DNA of 64,000 bases from an uncultured virus (IMG/VR IMGVR_UViG_3300042471_001823) (IMGVR_UViG_3300042471_001823); one strand, 5' to 3'. Positions 21,018-31,718 are shown, numbered from the stretch's first letter. Made by a program: numbers and translations. Notes: generated from the sequence alone by a model not told the origin.

Positions 21018-21476
21018 TCAATTAATCAACTCACCTTGCAAAGTCACCGGAAAATCATAACTATGCTTCTTTTGTAATGGCTCTGGGATATTTAGGTAAT
21101 GACAAATTGTTTGCATGGTGTGGAACCAACCATAACAAAACTCAACCCTATACCCTTGCGACCTTAACGACTCAGCTAACATCTTTTGCTCTGGTGAGAT
21201 GCGACCGCCTTTAACTTTCTTCATCTCAATGTATAGTCCGTGATAACCAGACTTAGGGACTGATAAGAAATAGTCTGGTACACCCGCTCTTTGTCCCTCA
21301 GCATTTTTCCTTGAGTTTTCAGCCCTGCTATCACTGCCATTGAGGATCGGAAATAACAACCTTAACTCAGGGTATTGGCTCCAATAAGCATGAACAAAAA
21401 ACTTCATCAGCCAAATCTTTTCTTGATGTTCAGTGGGAATTGTGCTTTTAACGCTGGGGTTTGGTGTTATTGCCAT
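21018..21476 (-). CDS. VRR-NUC domain nuclease
   Basis: TEHQE...EGQRAGVPDYF...GLYIEMK..KGGRISPEQK...L..QGY.V. Confidence 0.9.
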   Translation of the reverse strand: MAITPNPSVKSTIPTEHQEKIWLMKFFVHAYWSQYPELRLLFPILNGSDSRAENSRKNAEGQRAGVPDYFLSVPKSGYHGLYIEMKKVKGGRISPEQKMLAESLRSQGYRVEFCYGWFHTMQTICHYLNIPEPLQKKHSYDFPVTLQGELIN

Positions 21477-21620
21477 GCTATCTATTGCCTCATTTTAATA
21501 ACACCATTTTACCACAGCGCCCCCGTGCTGCCCACACTATTGCATTATACATCACAGCACCTTGAACCGCCATTATAGCCCTTTGAACTATATCACCTCT
21601 AACTGTTGTGGCATTTGGCA

Positions 21621-21920
21621 TCACAACACCCTACTAGGAAACCTTGCTACTAAGTCAGGAAATTCCACTTGGAAATCACGATCACTGCCATAGCGCTCTG
21701 TCCCTTTGATGTAGGCATCGTTCTGTTGCTTTAGACTGGCTAAATCTATTGGCTTAGAGGTGATTAATTCGTAATCGGTGGACATGTCACCATCGGTTAA
21801 GCCTAGCATTGTGACCAAATGGCAACTAGCAGCGGATGAGTACATCTGGCAACCATAAGATTTTTTGTAATCACCAGAATAATACGGGCAGTCAATCGCC
21901 TTGCATACAAAAGTTTTCAT
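21621..21920 (-). CDS. Hypothetical Cys-containing protein
   Basis: AAGGA SD; clean ORF. Confidence 0.5.
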   Translation of the reverse strand: MKTFVCKAIDCPYYSGDYKKSYGCQMYSSAASCHLVTMLGLTDGDMSTDYELITSKPIDLASLKQQNDAYIKGTERYGSDRDFQVEFPDLVARFPSRVL

Positions 21921-22029
21921 GGTTGATTTTCCTTTGCTGTTATGACTATTTTAGCAAAAACGCAACCATTTAGACAAAAAAGCGTAGGGAGAAACTACGC
22001 TTTTTTGTTACCTTAAAATGCCTTGCTTA

Positions 22030-22311
22030 CTATTTTGCGTTAACCCGCTCTTTAATGGTCTTACTTGGCTTGTACTTAACCACAATCTGACTTGGCACTA
22101 AAACCGTGTCTCCAGTGCGTGGGTTGCGCCGCTGTCTTTCTTTAACTGGCTTGGTATGAAACACCCCAAGGCTGCCAAGACGCGCCACACCATTAACCGC
22201 CAATGCATCACCAATTAAGTCGAACGCTGTTTCCACAACGTCTTTGATTTGGGCTAAGGTCAACTGCTCTTGCTCTTGCCAGATTTTCCGCACTAGTTCA
22301 CTTTTATTCAT
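22030..22311 (-). CDS. hup: HU/IHF family DNA-binding protein
   Basis: MNKSELV...LGVF...RQRRNPRTGDTVLVP...VKYKPSKTIKERVN. Confidence 0.92.
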   Translation of the reverse strand: MNKSELVRKIWQEQEQLTLAQIKDVVETAFDLIGDALAVNGVARLGSLGVFHTKPVKERQRRNPRTGDTVLVPSQIVVKYKPSKTIKERVNAK

Positions 22312-22420
22312 ACGATCATCAAACGCTATAGCAATTTATTGTACTTATTGCCTCTTATTGTTGTGCTTACTACCTCTTATTGTTGAACTTGTTACCTCTT
22401 ATTATGGTGCTTACTGCCTC

Positions 22421-23808
22421 TTACCTTAAAGTTTACACTCTTGCTATTTTCGTTTTCTTCTTCAAAAATGGGTGCTTTTTCGTTAAAACCTAATTATCTT
22501 AACAATGGGTAATTGACTGTTTTTTAAGTGAATTTTTCTAGAAAAAGTTAGAAAACTTTTAGCTAAATCCCACATTCTTCCTCAGATCTCCCTTATACAG
22601 ATCTTATTCAAATTTTTAAACTTGGTTTTTTAATCTGAGGGGTGAGCCGTGATTTTCAAGCTAAGGGTTGAGTGACAGTAAAACTTGGTTTTGAGTTTAA
22701 CCTAGGGCTTGAAACTTTAATCAGGTTTAATCACTGGCTTACAAGATTCACTCTTAAGCATGGATTTTTCCACAAACCCGCAAACCCACTTGCATCAAAA
22801 ACACAGATATACGCTCTATTGCCTTAAAACTAGCGCTTAAAGACGTTTGATTTACTTTCAAGTACTAAGAGATGGTTAAAGGTAAAACAAGGGTGTTAGA
22901 AGCGATTTTAAAGGCAAGTGATCGAAACCTAGGGTGATCACCTTGGAAATGCGCTAAAAAGTAAACCGAAATCACAAGCCTAGGTTTTGAGATGAGTCAA
23001 GATCACAGGCTCTTGCCTTAAAACTAAACCAAGTTACTCAACAAAGTGCATAAGTCCCAACAAAGTGCAAGTGCATAAGCCTAGTTTTTTTGCGTCGCCG
23101 CTTCACACCCTCAGACTAAAAACCAAGCTAAAAAACTTGAATAAGATCTGTATAAGGGAGATCTGAAGAAGAATGTGGGATTTAGCTAAAAGTTCCAAGA
23201 AAACTAGCTAAAAATCATCGATTCTTGTCATATATTTTTCACCCTGTTTTTTAATGGCTCAAAGCACCAACTCAAGGAAGGAAATGAAATTTATCTAAGA
23301 ATATGATGCGGTTAATTGCATGTCATGAACTGAGCTATTGCTAGGGCTTGTGCAATTAGTTGCATGTCAAAGATCAGGTTATTGTCAAAAGTTATACAAC
23401 TAATTGCATACTAGAGATTAAGTTATCACTAAAGCTTATGCAACTAATTGCATATAAAACAATTGGACTTCACCTTTTGCCTTGATCGTCAAACCATCGC
23501 CTCAAACTTTTTGCCTAGGACTTTCTAGACAAACCACGCCACCCCTCAAACAAAAGCAACCCACCCTCAGATTAAAAACCAAGTTTAAAATCAGACCAAA
23601 AAACCAAGTTTAAAAATCAATACTAAGATCTGTATAAGGGAGATCTGAGGAAGAATGTGGGATTTAGCTAAAAGTTTTCTAACTTTTTCTAGAAAAATTC
23701 ACTTAAAATAAACTGATAACCCATTGTTAAGATGATTAGGTTTTAGTGAAAAAGTGCCCATTTTTAAGGAAGAAAGTGAAAATAGCAAGAGTATAAACTT
23801 TGAGGTAA
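22421..23808. repeat. Palindromic repeat element copy B (one internal unit missing)
   Basis: Terminal inverted arms 22421-22640 and 23565-23808. K boxes at 22557 (+), 23109 (-) and 23565 (-); central hairpin 22819-22917; four palindromes at 23306-23453. Confidence 0.95.
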
Positions 23809-23876
23809 GGGAGTGAAAGTTAAAAAGAGGGTGGTTACTATACTGGATTAGACAGATTAAATTTTGTGAAACAGGT

Positions 23877-24776
23877 ATGGAAAACGAGAATTTACCAGAT
23901 AGTCAGGTAGTTGATGTTGTCAGTCCAGAGGCTCCGGTAGCATCACCCGTAACCCCAGAATTGCAATCAACTATTGAACGGATTATTTCAGAGCAAATTG
24001 GCAATGTGGTTAGCCAGCAAATTAAAACCGTATTCGCCCCTATTCAAACAAAAATTACAAAGGCGACCGCACCGCTAGACCAAAAGTTAGCAAGTCTTGA
24101 ACAACAGATTCAGGCATTGGTTACCCAAAAGCTTGAACCACAGGATCAGCGTCAACAGCAGCAACCACAAGACCAGCAAGAGCAACAATCTGAGGCAAGT
24201 GACGACCTTACCCGTCAACTTCAATCGCTTAAGTCAAAGGTGGCTGAACAAACCAAAACCTTAGCACTGTTAGAGCAAGCCAAGCAGGAAGAAGCAAAAC
24301 GAGCTAGAGAGAGCCGTCATGAGGCTTCATTGTTCAAAGCCCGTAGTGAGTTCAATCGGACTACTGACTTGCTGGTTAACACTGGTTTAAAGCTTGCTGA
24401 TGGTGTAACCCCTGATGATGTGCTTGCATCGCTAGAAAAGCGCAATGCTATCAGACTGGTAAAAGACTCCAATGGCGATCCTCAGCACTATGAGATCCTC
24501 AATGAAGATGAGTTTGGGGTAACGGACTATGTACGGCTTGACCCTAATACCCTGAGTAAAGCACTCAAACCTATCAGTTTTTTGGTCAACAGCGGACGCG
24601 CTGGTAGTGGTGCTGGTGTTCCTACTAATACTGCACCAACCCCGTCACAATCGCCGTATAACTCTCAAGCGGTTTTGGATACGGTTAATCGCATGAGTGA
24701 GGCTGAATTAGACCGTAAGCTGTCTACCGATGAAGCTTTTAGATCGGCTTACTATAAGGTGTTGGAAATTGGGTAG
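23877..24776 (+). CDS. Probable capsid scaffolding protein
   Basis: Acidic N-terminus, long coiled coil, SGRAGSGAG linker and short C-terminal helix, as is typical of scaffolds. Confidence 0.65.
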   Translation: MENENLPDSQVVDVVSPEAPVASPVTPELQSTIERIISEQIGNVVSQQIKTVFAPIQTKITKATAPLDQKLASLEQQIQALVTQKLEPQDQRQQQQPQDQQEQQSEASDDLTRQLQSLKSKVAEQTKTLALLEQAKQEEAKRARESRHEASLFKARSEFNRTTDLLVNTGLKLADGVTPDDVLASLEKRNAIRLVKDSNGDPQHYEILNEDEFGVTDYVRLDPNTLSKALKPISFLVNSGRAGSGAGVPTNTAPTPSQSPYNSQAVLDTVNRMSEAELDRKLSTDEAFRSAYYKVLEIG

Positions 24777-24839
24777 TATGTGATTTTTGTGTAAATCAAA
24801 AAGCGCTTAGTCATGAGAAACTAAGCGCTTTTTGATTGG

Positions 24840-25100
24840 TTATTGTTTTAATTTCTGGTATTCAGCCTCAATGCTAGGCTCTTCACAGTTAGTCCATCTA
24901 CGGCTAGCCAGATCCTTGTTTCGCCATTGATTGTTTTTCTGCCATTGGTTATTTTTCTTAGAGCATTCAAACAACTCAACCAATCCAAGCGTAGTGTAAC
25001 AACCCCATTGAATCCTATCAACTGTTTCTACCCGTTGCCAGCTTTTGTCCTGAAACTCAATTGTTTCTTGTATTAGAAAAATCTTACGTGTTATAATCAT
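24840..25100 (-). CDS. Hypothetical protein
   Basis: ORF between a TTGACA promoter and the terminator at 24794-24837. Confidence 0.5.
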   Translation of the reverse strand: MIITRKIFLIQETIEFQDKSWQRVETVDRIQWGCYTTLGLVELFECSKKNNQWQKNNQWRNKDLASRRWTNCEEPSIEAEYQKLKQ

Positions 25101-25404
25101 GCGCTTAATTCTTTAGTGCGTTGATCACAACTTTAAAACAAAACTGCTTTTATGTCAACACATAAAACATGGATCAGCCAATCACTTGGTAAAAAGCTTG
25201 GTTGAGGTCACCTTGCACTAATGCTACCAACGAAAAAATGTCCATAGTTTTAACAGCTTATTGATTAAGTTATTATAGCTTATTTCCAATTAAACGTAAG
25301 CACAAAAAAGTGAATATAGGCATAAAAATGTTATAATAACAAAGCGGTTGCATGGATTCAAGATACAACCGCTAATCATAATCACCTAGAACAGGTAGGC
25401 AAGA

Positions 25405-26097
25405 ATGACAAACAATATTGTAAAGGCTGTTGTCGCAAAAGTCCAGATCGGACATATTGAGATAGATGGCTTGATGATGCCAGATGGTAGTTTTGGGATT
25501 GCTGTGCCTCAGATTGCTGAGTTGTTTGGTACGAACCGCAACACAACTTCGAGAGACCTCAAACGCTTACTAGGAGAGGATTTCCGTCCATCCAAAATAT
25601 CCACAGAGATCGGGAATCAAAGTGTCAACGTAATTAGCCTCACAGATTTTGAGCAAGTGATGATCAAGCTTGATCGCGCTGGGAACGTCAAGGCACAAGA
25701 TTTTAGAGATGACTTGGCAGGACTGGCATTGCACCAACTGTTTTGCAATGCGTTTGGAATCAAACTCAAGGAACTCGATCTCCAGAATTGGCTAAAAGAG
25801 CGTCAAGAAGGCAAATTTTACAGACGGTCTCTGACTGATGCTATCAAGCATTTAATCGACAATGGTAATGATATTAATTATGGGCTTATCACGTTGCGAA
25901 CCTATAAAGCTTGTGGACTTGAAGCTAGTTATAAGGACTATAAAGACAATCACAAGGATCACAATTATCGAAATACCTTGACCGATCTAGAGCTTCGTAA
26001 AATTGCCAAGTTTGAGGAGCTAACAGCAGATTTTGTTTTGGTTGATCAATTTGACATTGAAACTGCTATGCAAAACGCATCGCGATATATCCGTTAA
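25405..26097 (+). CDS. Antirepressor-like DNA-binding protein, paralog of 31879-32571
   Basis: Both are 230 aa and colinear (IVKA...DGLM.P.G.F.IAV.Q.AELF...WLK.RQ.GKFYRRSLTDAIKHLI...RYIR). Confidence 0.75.
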   Translation: MTNNIVKAVVAKVQIGHIEIDGLMMPDGSFGIAVPQIAELFGTNRNTTSRDLKRLLGEDFRPSKISTEIGNQSVNVISLTDFEQVMIKLDRAGNVKAQDFRDDLAGLALHQLFCNAFGIKLKELDLQNWLKERQEGKFYRRSLTDAIKHLIDNGNDINYGLITLRTYKACGLEASYKDYKDNHKDHNYRNTLTDLELRKIAKFEELTADFVLVDQFDIETAMQNASRYIR

Positions 26098-26148
26098 AAC
26101 CAAAAAGCGCTTAGTCACAAGAAACTAAGCGCTTTTTGGTATTTTAAA

Positions 26149-26421
26149 TCACGGCAACCGCTTCAACCACTGCCCCACTGCCAACCCAATCAGTCCATTA
26201 GCAAGGCATGACAGCGCCATTTCTTGGATACTGCCATGAGGCAATAGCAGATAGACTACTACGCTTGCCTCAATGGTTTGACAGTAGATGCACTCAGCTA
26301 GGATTTGCCCTAGCTTGAATCGGTTTAACAGTGATTTTACCCAGATTCCCGTGTGTTTGTACTGGAATATAAACCACTGTAAACCGATGGAGTAGATTAG
26401 GTGGGTACAATAATTATCCAT
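26149..26421 (-). CDS. Small membrane protein
   Basis: Hydrophobic segments; overlaps the stop of the upstream IPQMTI gene. Confidence 0.5.
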   Translation of the reverse strand: MDNYCTHLIYSIGLQWFIFQYKHTGIWVKSLLNRFKLGQILAECIYCQTIEASVVVYLLLPHGSIQEMALSCLANGLIGLAVGQWLKRLP

Positions 26422-27661
26422 TGTTAAATTGTTTTAATTGTTCTAATGCTTTCGTGTTTTTTGCCTTAGCCTTTTCTACCGCTTGCTGTGCAGACTTACT
26501 ATTAGGAGGATTAGCCAACTTCTCATTAGCCCGTTTCAAAGCAACTTCACTGCGATCAACAGCGGCTTTTAATTCCCGTTGCTTCCTGAATGCTTCGTTT
26601 TTGGCTAGGTTGGGTGAGGGGTTGGTTGTTTCACTGGCTTTCGCCATTGCGTCTTTAGCGGCTAGCTTGCCTTCTTTTATTTCTTTTTGCTGATCTTTTA
26701 GTTTGTCAATTTGTGTATACATCTTTCTTTCACGCATTCTCGCTTTACTCCTGACAGCTTTTGCGTTTGCCATTTCTTCTTTGTTTCCACGTTGAGACAC
26801 ACCAAGGGGTACAGCATTTTCAGCGATCTCCCTTTGTTTGCGAGCTTCGTTTTCCAGTGCAGTAATTTTTCTGCCAATTACCATTTCTTGAGGAGTTCGT
26901 CCGTGCCGATCTGCCATTAATTGAATCCCTTTTTCATTGGGGTACGCTTTTGAATCAATTAAATATTTGACGGCTTTTTTTGGATCTTTTAATATTGCCT
27001 CACTCACGACAGATTTAACAGCACTAGCAGCCTGTTTTGCTGCATTAGGAGATGGCATTTCACCAGCGGCATTACTCACAACTTCTTTAGCCGACTTACC
27101 AGACAATCCAAGCCTTGAGTTTGTGGCTTTTTGAGTCTTGCCAACCCGCCTCGATTCAGCGGATGGCTTAGCCCTTAATGACTTGGCAGCGGCTTTAGGG
27201 CTAGGCATTTCATCGACCTTAACAAGGTTGCGATCAGTGAAGGCTCCATAGAGTTTATCCTTGTTTGCGCGTTCATCCCGTTTGTGTTTGTTACGAGCCT
27301 TCATGCGTTCACTTTGGGCAATCCTGTTAGCCTCTTTGCGCCTAGCTCTATCGCCTAACATTTCTTTCCTAGTGATAGCGGCTTGTTTACGCATGGCATT
27401 AACCGCTGGTTTGAAACTGTTAGCATCAACAAAGTGTTGACCATCCTTTTCAACGGTTGGAACCCCTTTTTTGTTGAGTTCAGCGGCTTCTGTACCTGTC
27501 AATGGAGCTACACCACTAACAATATCTTTTGTGCCCTTGTGCTTAGTTATCTTGGCTTCTGCTGTTACGCCACCTTTTGCTACTAAGTTAATTACCCCAT
27601 GAGATGCAATTGTCATCTGAGGGATCTCAATACCAGTAATTTCACTAATAATTTTTAACAT
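26414..27661 (-). CDS. Basic IPQMTI-leader protein 1 (candidate internal virion protein)
   Basis: Starts MLKIISEITGIEIPQMTI; very rich in K/R/A. Confidence 0.8.
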   Translation of the reverse strand: MLKIISEITGIEIPQMTIASHGVINLVAKGGVTAEAKITKHKGTKDIVSGVAPLTGTEAAELNKKGVPTVEKDGQHFVDANSFKPAVNAMRKQAAITRKEMLGDRARRKEANRIAQSERMKARNKHKRDERANKDKLYGAFTDRNLVKVDEMPSPKAAAKSLRAKPSAESRRVGKTQKATNSRLGLSGKSAKEVVSNAAGEMPSPNAAKQAASAVKSVVSEAILKDPKKAVKYLIDSKAYPNEKGIQLMADRHGRTPQEMVIGRKITALENEARKQREIAENAVPLGVSQRGNKEEMANAKAVRSKARMRERKMYTQIDKLKDQQKEIKEGKLAAKDAMAKASETTNPSPNLAKNEAFRKQRELKAAVDRSEVALKRANEKLANPPNSKSAQQAVEKAKAKNTKALEQLKQFNNG

Positions 27662-27807
27662 AACTTTTCCCACCCCTAATCAATTACTACAAACCTAGTT
27701 AACTATTCCCTAAGTCAGTCATAGTTGACTAACCTAATCAACTATCACCAATCTATCATAAAAACACCAGCTAACAAATATTTGTTAGCTGGTGTTTCGT
27801 GATATTT

Positions 27808-27936
27808 CTATTTCTTCTTTTTTGGTGGCATCGTGTCATCACAATCGCCATCGTCATCATAATAAGGTTTAGCAGGCTTTTTAGGAGAACTAGCAGGCTT
27901 GGTTTTGACTGGCTTTTTAGGTGCTTTGGTTGGCAT
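27808..27936 (-). CDS. Small Lys/Pro-rich protein (42 aa), not in the ORF track
   Basis: Translated by hand: MPTKAPKKPVKTKPASSPKKPAKPYYDDDGDCDDTMPPKKKK; TGTATAAT upstream and a hairpin terminator at 27764-27797. Confidence 0.55.
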   Translation of the reverse strand: MPTKAPKKPVKTKPASSPKKPAKPYYDDDGDCDDTMPPKKKK

Positions 27937-28069
27937 AATGTTGATTGATTAATGGATATTTGAATTATACATGAGGGTAAATAGCTAATAGCAAAACATG
28001 ACGCAAAACCAAGACATAATCACAAAGCCAAAACACAATCACAAGTCAAAAAACACGCTTACAAACAAA

Positions 28070-28264
28070 TTAACCAGACTTCTCAATAATCGTCTCCAAT
28101 GTCTTATAAAAGAACTTAGTCAGCATTTGCATTTGAGGTACAGACATGGTGACAGTACCGCCAAAATCATCAGCAATAGTCACAGTTTGTTTGTCTGTGT
28201 CAACATCGATTGTGGGGCAACACGTTGTTTGACAACTGGCAATATAGCGGTAGATAGGCATCAC
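28070..28264 (-). CDS. Small hypothetical protein (CxxxCCP motif)
   Basis: Coupled to the upstream gene by overlap; CCPTI...V.IADDFGG.V.M. Confidence 0.55.
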   Translation of the reverse strand: MMPIYRYIASCQTTCCPTIDVDTDKQTVTIADDFGGTVTMSVPQMQMLTKFFYKTLETIIEKSG

Positions 28265-28722
28265 ACATACTCCAAATCAATCGTAATATAAATCGCACAA
28301 ACCCAATTAGTAGTCACAATACTATCAGAAATATTACAAACCTGTCTTAAAGCCGTTGCCGCTGTAGTGTCTTGATAGATTTTGTGATTACCAGACAAGC
28401 CTTTAACTTGCCTAATTCCAGTGGCACAAGTTAAAAACCAATCAGCCAAAATACCAACTACATCTGTAATATATTGCGCTGCGATTATCGAAGCACCTTG
28501 AATGTCATTATTGGCAATTACAAATAGTTTCCCAATATACCATTGAGTTGACTTAATCTTTGACACAGGGTTGTAATTGACCCCGCCAATCCGCAAACCT
28601 AAAGTTGATGACGGCTGACTGACAAAGTTATAAGGCTTCATGCTTACCCCTTGGTAATCACCCGCTAACCCATTGCTGATTAGTAGTGATTCTAGTTGGC
28701 TTGATAAAGTGAGGAGATCCAT
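28261..28722 (-). CDS. Hypothetical, possibly neck/tail-completion protein
   Basis: 153 aa, divergent from the coat gene. The function is inferred. Confidence 0.45.
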   Translation of the reverse strand: MDLLTLSSQLESLLISNGLAGDYQGVSMKPYNFVSQPSSTLGLRIGGVNYNPVSKIKSTQWYIGKLFVIANNDIQGASIIAAQYITDVVGILADWFLTCATGIRQVKGLSGNHKIYQDTTAATALRQVCNISDSIVTTNWVCAIYITIDLEYV

Positions 28723-28869
28723 ATTGTTTTTACGCTTTAAAACTCAATGTTTCACAAACATGAAACATACTGTATAATAATAGCAAATGTCTGGGCATAG
28801 CCCTGTATTTACCGATTTGGTAAAGCCGTTACGTTTCAAGAAAACCAAACTAATACAGGGTAATTAAAT

Positions 28870-30210
28870 ATGCCTAGAGCCACAGTGCCAGAGTTGCGCG
28901 TTGCAATGCTGGCTAAAGAGTCTTTAACTCAGTTGAAGTACAATTCTGTTATTCCTTTGACTGGTGTAATCGATTACGAAAAGGGCAGCTTTGTCCTTGA
29001 TGACAGTGTAAAAATCCGCCGTCCTAAGCGTCGTATTGCTGTAGATTATGACCCTCGCGAGGGTGGTGGCATCAACACTGAAGCTGAGTTCTTTGGTGGT
29101 ACGCTTAGCCTTGAAAAGCTGTGGCGTGATTCCTACCCCGTCTACAGCAACACACCTGATCGCAGTTTTGAGTTATATGTAACTGAAACCGCTACTCAGA
29201 TTGCCGATGCCATCGGACGCGCTAATGACCAGTATTTAGCCGCTAAATTACGGGCTTATACCGCCACCAGTGGTAATGTACCTGTGTACTTAGGCGATCA
29301 CCCGTTCATCGCGATGACTGCATCGGTAGACCCTACCACTGGACAGCTTGCCAAGTTTCGTTCTGATGCACTGCTAAGCGCACGTACCACGCTAAAGAGT
29401 ATGGACGTACCTGACAGTGACTTGTATGGCGTGTTATCCACCGCTGCTGAGGGTGCATTCATTGGTGATGCTACTGAATTGAACCGCTATGTGGCTGCCC
29501 AAATCCCTGGCGCTAATGGTGGTCAAGCCATGTATCAGCAAGGGATTCGCCGCGCCCAATTTATTGACCGCTATGGTATCAAGTGTACTGGCAGTAACAG
29601 TATTTATGGACAAAGCGCTGTAACCGCCCTTGACGCTGCTAATGCCGCTGTGTTGCCTATTGCGTCCGTTGCCGAAGATACTACCAAGTTCTTTTATGCT
29701 GACATGATGGGCAATGTCCCCATCGGATGCTTAGACATCACCTTAACGGCTAACACGGCTTTAAGCCCTACCGTTGGCATCGGTCACATTGTGCGAATCG
29801 GACCTAGCACAAGCAATGCACAGCCCAAGGGCTTTGGGGTAATCCTACGAATTAACAACGCTGCTACCACCGCGCCGATCATTACGATGGCAGTCTATAC
29901 CCCCGATGGTCGTCAATTACGGGCTGGTGAAATCGTAGCTGGTACTGATGTGTTTAGCATCCCCTTAGTGCCATCGGTTAACCCTGTTTACCACCGCGAA
30001 GCATTGCTGATTGCTAACCGTGAATTGCGTACCGATAACGCTCAAAACGTGTTGGTTAAGACCGTTGTTGACCCTGACACCAAGCTGACCTTGCAACTGT
30101 TCCAAGGGAACTTTGATATTGACCGTTTGCGGTCTATCAATGCTGCCTACTGCCTCACTGGTGCTAAAGTCAGTGACTGGCGTAAAGGTTGCTTTGTCTT
30201 GTCTCTGTAA
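28870..30210 (+). CDS. Major capsid protein, P22 coat-like (HK97 fold)
   Basis: DSVKIRRP motif, AxQIADAIGRANDQYL helix, ARTTLKSMDVP, C-terminal GAKV; biased codon use; followed by a terminator at about 30220-30259. Confidence 0.8.
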   Translation: MPRATVPELRVAMLAKESLTQLKYNSVIPLTGVIDYEKGSFVLDDSVKIRRPKRRIAVDYDPREGGGINTEAEFFGGTLSLEKLWRDSYPVYSNTPDRSFELYVTETATQIADAIGRANDQYLAAKLRAYTATSGNVPVYLGDHPFIAMTASVDPTTGQLAKFRSDALLSARTTLKSMDVPDSDLYGVLSTAAEGAFIGDATELNRYVAAQIPGANGGQAMYQQGIRRAQFIDRYGIKCTGSNSIYGQSAVTALDAANAAVLPIASVAEDTTKFFYADMMGNVPIGCLDITLTANTALSPTVGIGHIVRIGPSTSNAQPKGFGVILRINNAATTAPIITMAVYTPDGRQLRAGEIVAGTDVFSIPLVPSVNPVYHREALLIANRELRTDNAQNVLVKTVVDPDTKLTLQLFQGNFDIDRLRSINAAYCLTGAKVSDWRKGCFVLSL

Positions 30211-30300
30211 TTGTTTTTTAACCTAGTCTAGGCACATAAATTAATAGCTAGACTAGGTTCGATTTCATTCAAAACGCTATTTTTAGCAAGGTAACAACCC

Positions 30301-30864
30301 ATGCCATATATTCCAAACACTACAGGGGCTTATACTCCTGCTATTACGATCCCGCCTGAAGCGTCGCGATTACAGCATCCTGAAGTTTTACGGGCTTTTC
30401 AGAACTATGTCGCTCGTCAAGGTGCATCCTATGATGTCCGTGCTACTGCCAGTTTTGAAACCGATGTGATTGACGCTCTGTTGGCACTGAACAACGGCTT
30501 AGGTGTCATCAACAGCACTGCAACCATTACCATCAGCAATGCAAGCGCTAGTGTTGCCACTGGCATTGTTATTCCCGCTGGTGTACGGGTAATGAGTGCG
30601 GTAGCTAAGATTAGCACCGTAGTCACTGCTACGACAGCGGTTAAGGTTGGTTTAGGGATTTCCAGTGACCCTGACAAGTACAACTTAACCTCAGCACTGA
30701 CTGTTGCCACCTATGGCGGTTTCTTGGCTAGTCCAGTCATTACCACTGCTGCTGAAACCCTGTTGCTCTATGCCTGTGATACTAGCGGTGCAGCGGCTGG
30801 TACGATTAACAGCGGCGTGGTGACGGTTCAAGTTGTGTATCAGACTTTGCCTCCATTGCCTTAG
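30301..30864 (+). CDS. Probable capsid decoration/cement protein
   Basis: Directly after the coat gene; Ala/Thr/Val-rich beta protein with IPAG.RV motif. Confidence 0.6.
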   Translation: MPYIPNTTGAYTPAITIPPEASRLQHPEVLRAFQNYVARQGASYDVRATASFETDVIDALLALNNGLGVINSTATITISNASASVATGIVIPAGVRVMSAVAKISTVVTATTAVKVGLGISSDPDKYNLTSALTVATYGGFLASPVITTAAETLLLYACDTSGAAAGTINSGVVTVQVVYQTLPPLP

Positions 30865-30995
30865 ATTTGACTTATGGCGGTAAGTTATTACCGCCATAGC
30901 AACCAGTCACAAAACACCACTAACTAGCCATAAAGCATTATTAATTAATAACAGAACAACACCAATTAATCATAAAACTAAGAGGTTATTTATCT

Positions 30996-31358
30996 ATGTC
31001 TGATTCAGTGCCAATGCGTCACCACACGGGCGTAACCGTGATTGTCCCTACTAATTTGCAACAAACCTATCAACGACAAGCCTACGCCCCTATCCCTCAA
31101 TATCGCGCACCTATTGCGGTTCCAGTGCCAGTTGAAAGTCAATTGCCCCTAGCTGAGGTGTCTGCACCTAAGATCAAAATCAACGACGGCTCTGTGACCG
31201 CTAAAACGTTGGTAGACAGCCTCAAGCTACCTATGGCTACTGCTAAGCAAGTTGTGGCTGGGAAGCCCTACGATTCGCTAAACACCTTATCTGAAAAGGT
31301 TAGTGATTATCAATGGAGCGCCTTTACTGAGGTGTTTGATTTTAGTCCAGCAAGTTAG
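30996..31358 (+). CDS. Hypothetical protein with an HhH-like C-terminus
   Basis: IKIND...L...ATAKQVVAGKPYDSL; GAGG SD. Confidence 0.5.
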   Translation: MSDSVPMRHHTGVTVIVPTNLQQTYQRQAYAPIPQYRAPIAVPVPVESQLPLAEVSAPKIKINDGSVTAKTLVDSLKLPMATAKQVVAGKPYDSLNTLSEKVSDYQWSAFTEVFDFSPAS

Positions 31359-31451
31359 TTGGTTAAAATTAACCCAATAAATAATGCCCTGTAAACATTT
31401 ACAGGGCATTATTTATTGTATAATAATAATTACCATTTATTTAGTAAGTTT

Positions 31452-31718
31452 ATGAAGTTTTATGAAAGTCCGTTTCATGCTATTGAACCTGATGCATCAA
31501 CAGCCAAGAAAATAGCGGCAAAGGCGGATACGGCTGTTTCCCTGAGAAATATTGTTATCACAAAAAAGATAACCCCGCAAATGTTGCATGAAAAGTTTGA
31601 AGACATTTCTGAAGATTTTGCGGAAAGTATTATTGCTGATATTTTGGCTGGTAATATCCATCTGTTTGCTGATGGTGTACTGGAAAATTTGCTTGAAAGT
31701 TATCTTTCACAGTTTTAA
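31452..31718 (+). CDS. XRE/HTH_37-like regulator (degenerate)
   Basis: YESPFHAIE.D...A..IAAKAD....LRNIV pattern. Confidence 0.45.
   Translation: MKFYESPFHAIEPDASTAKKIAAKADTAVSLRNIVITKKITPQMLHEKFEDISEDFAESIIADILAGNIHLFADGVLENLLESYLSQF

Noticed and set aside
23306..23453. Palindrome arrays as mini-CRISPR arrays
   Set aside because: The repeat is only 16 bp and degenerate, the spacers resemble one another and their counterparts in other copies, and no cas gene is visible.
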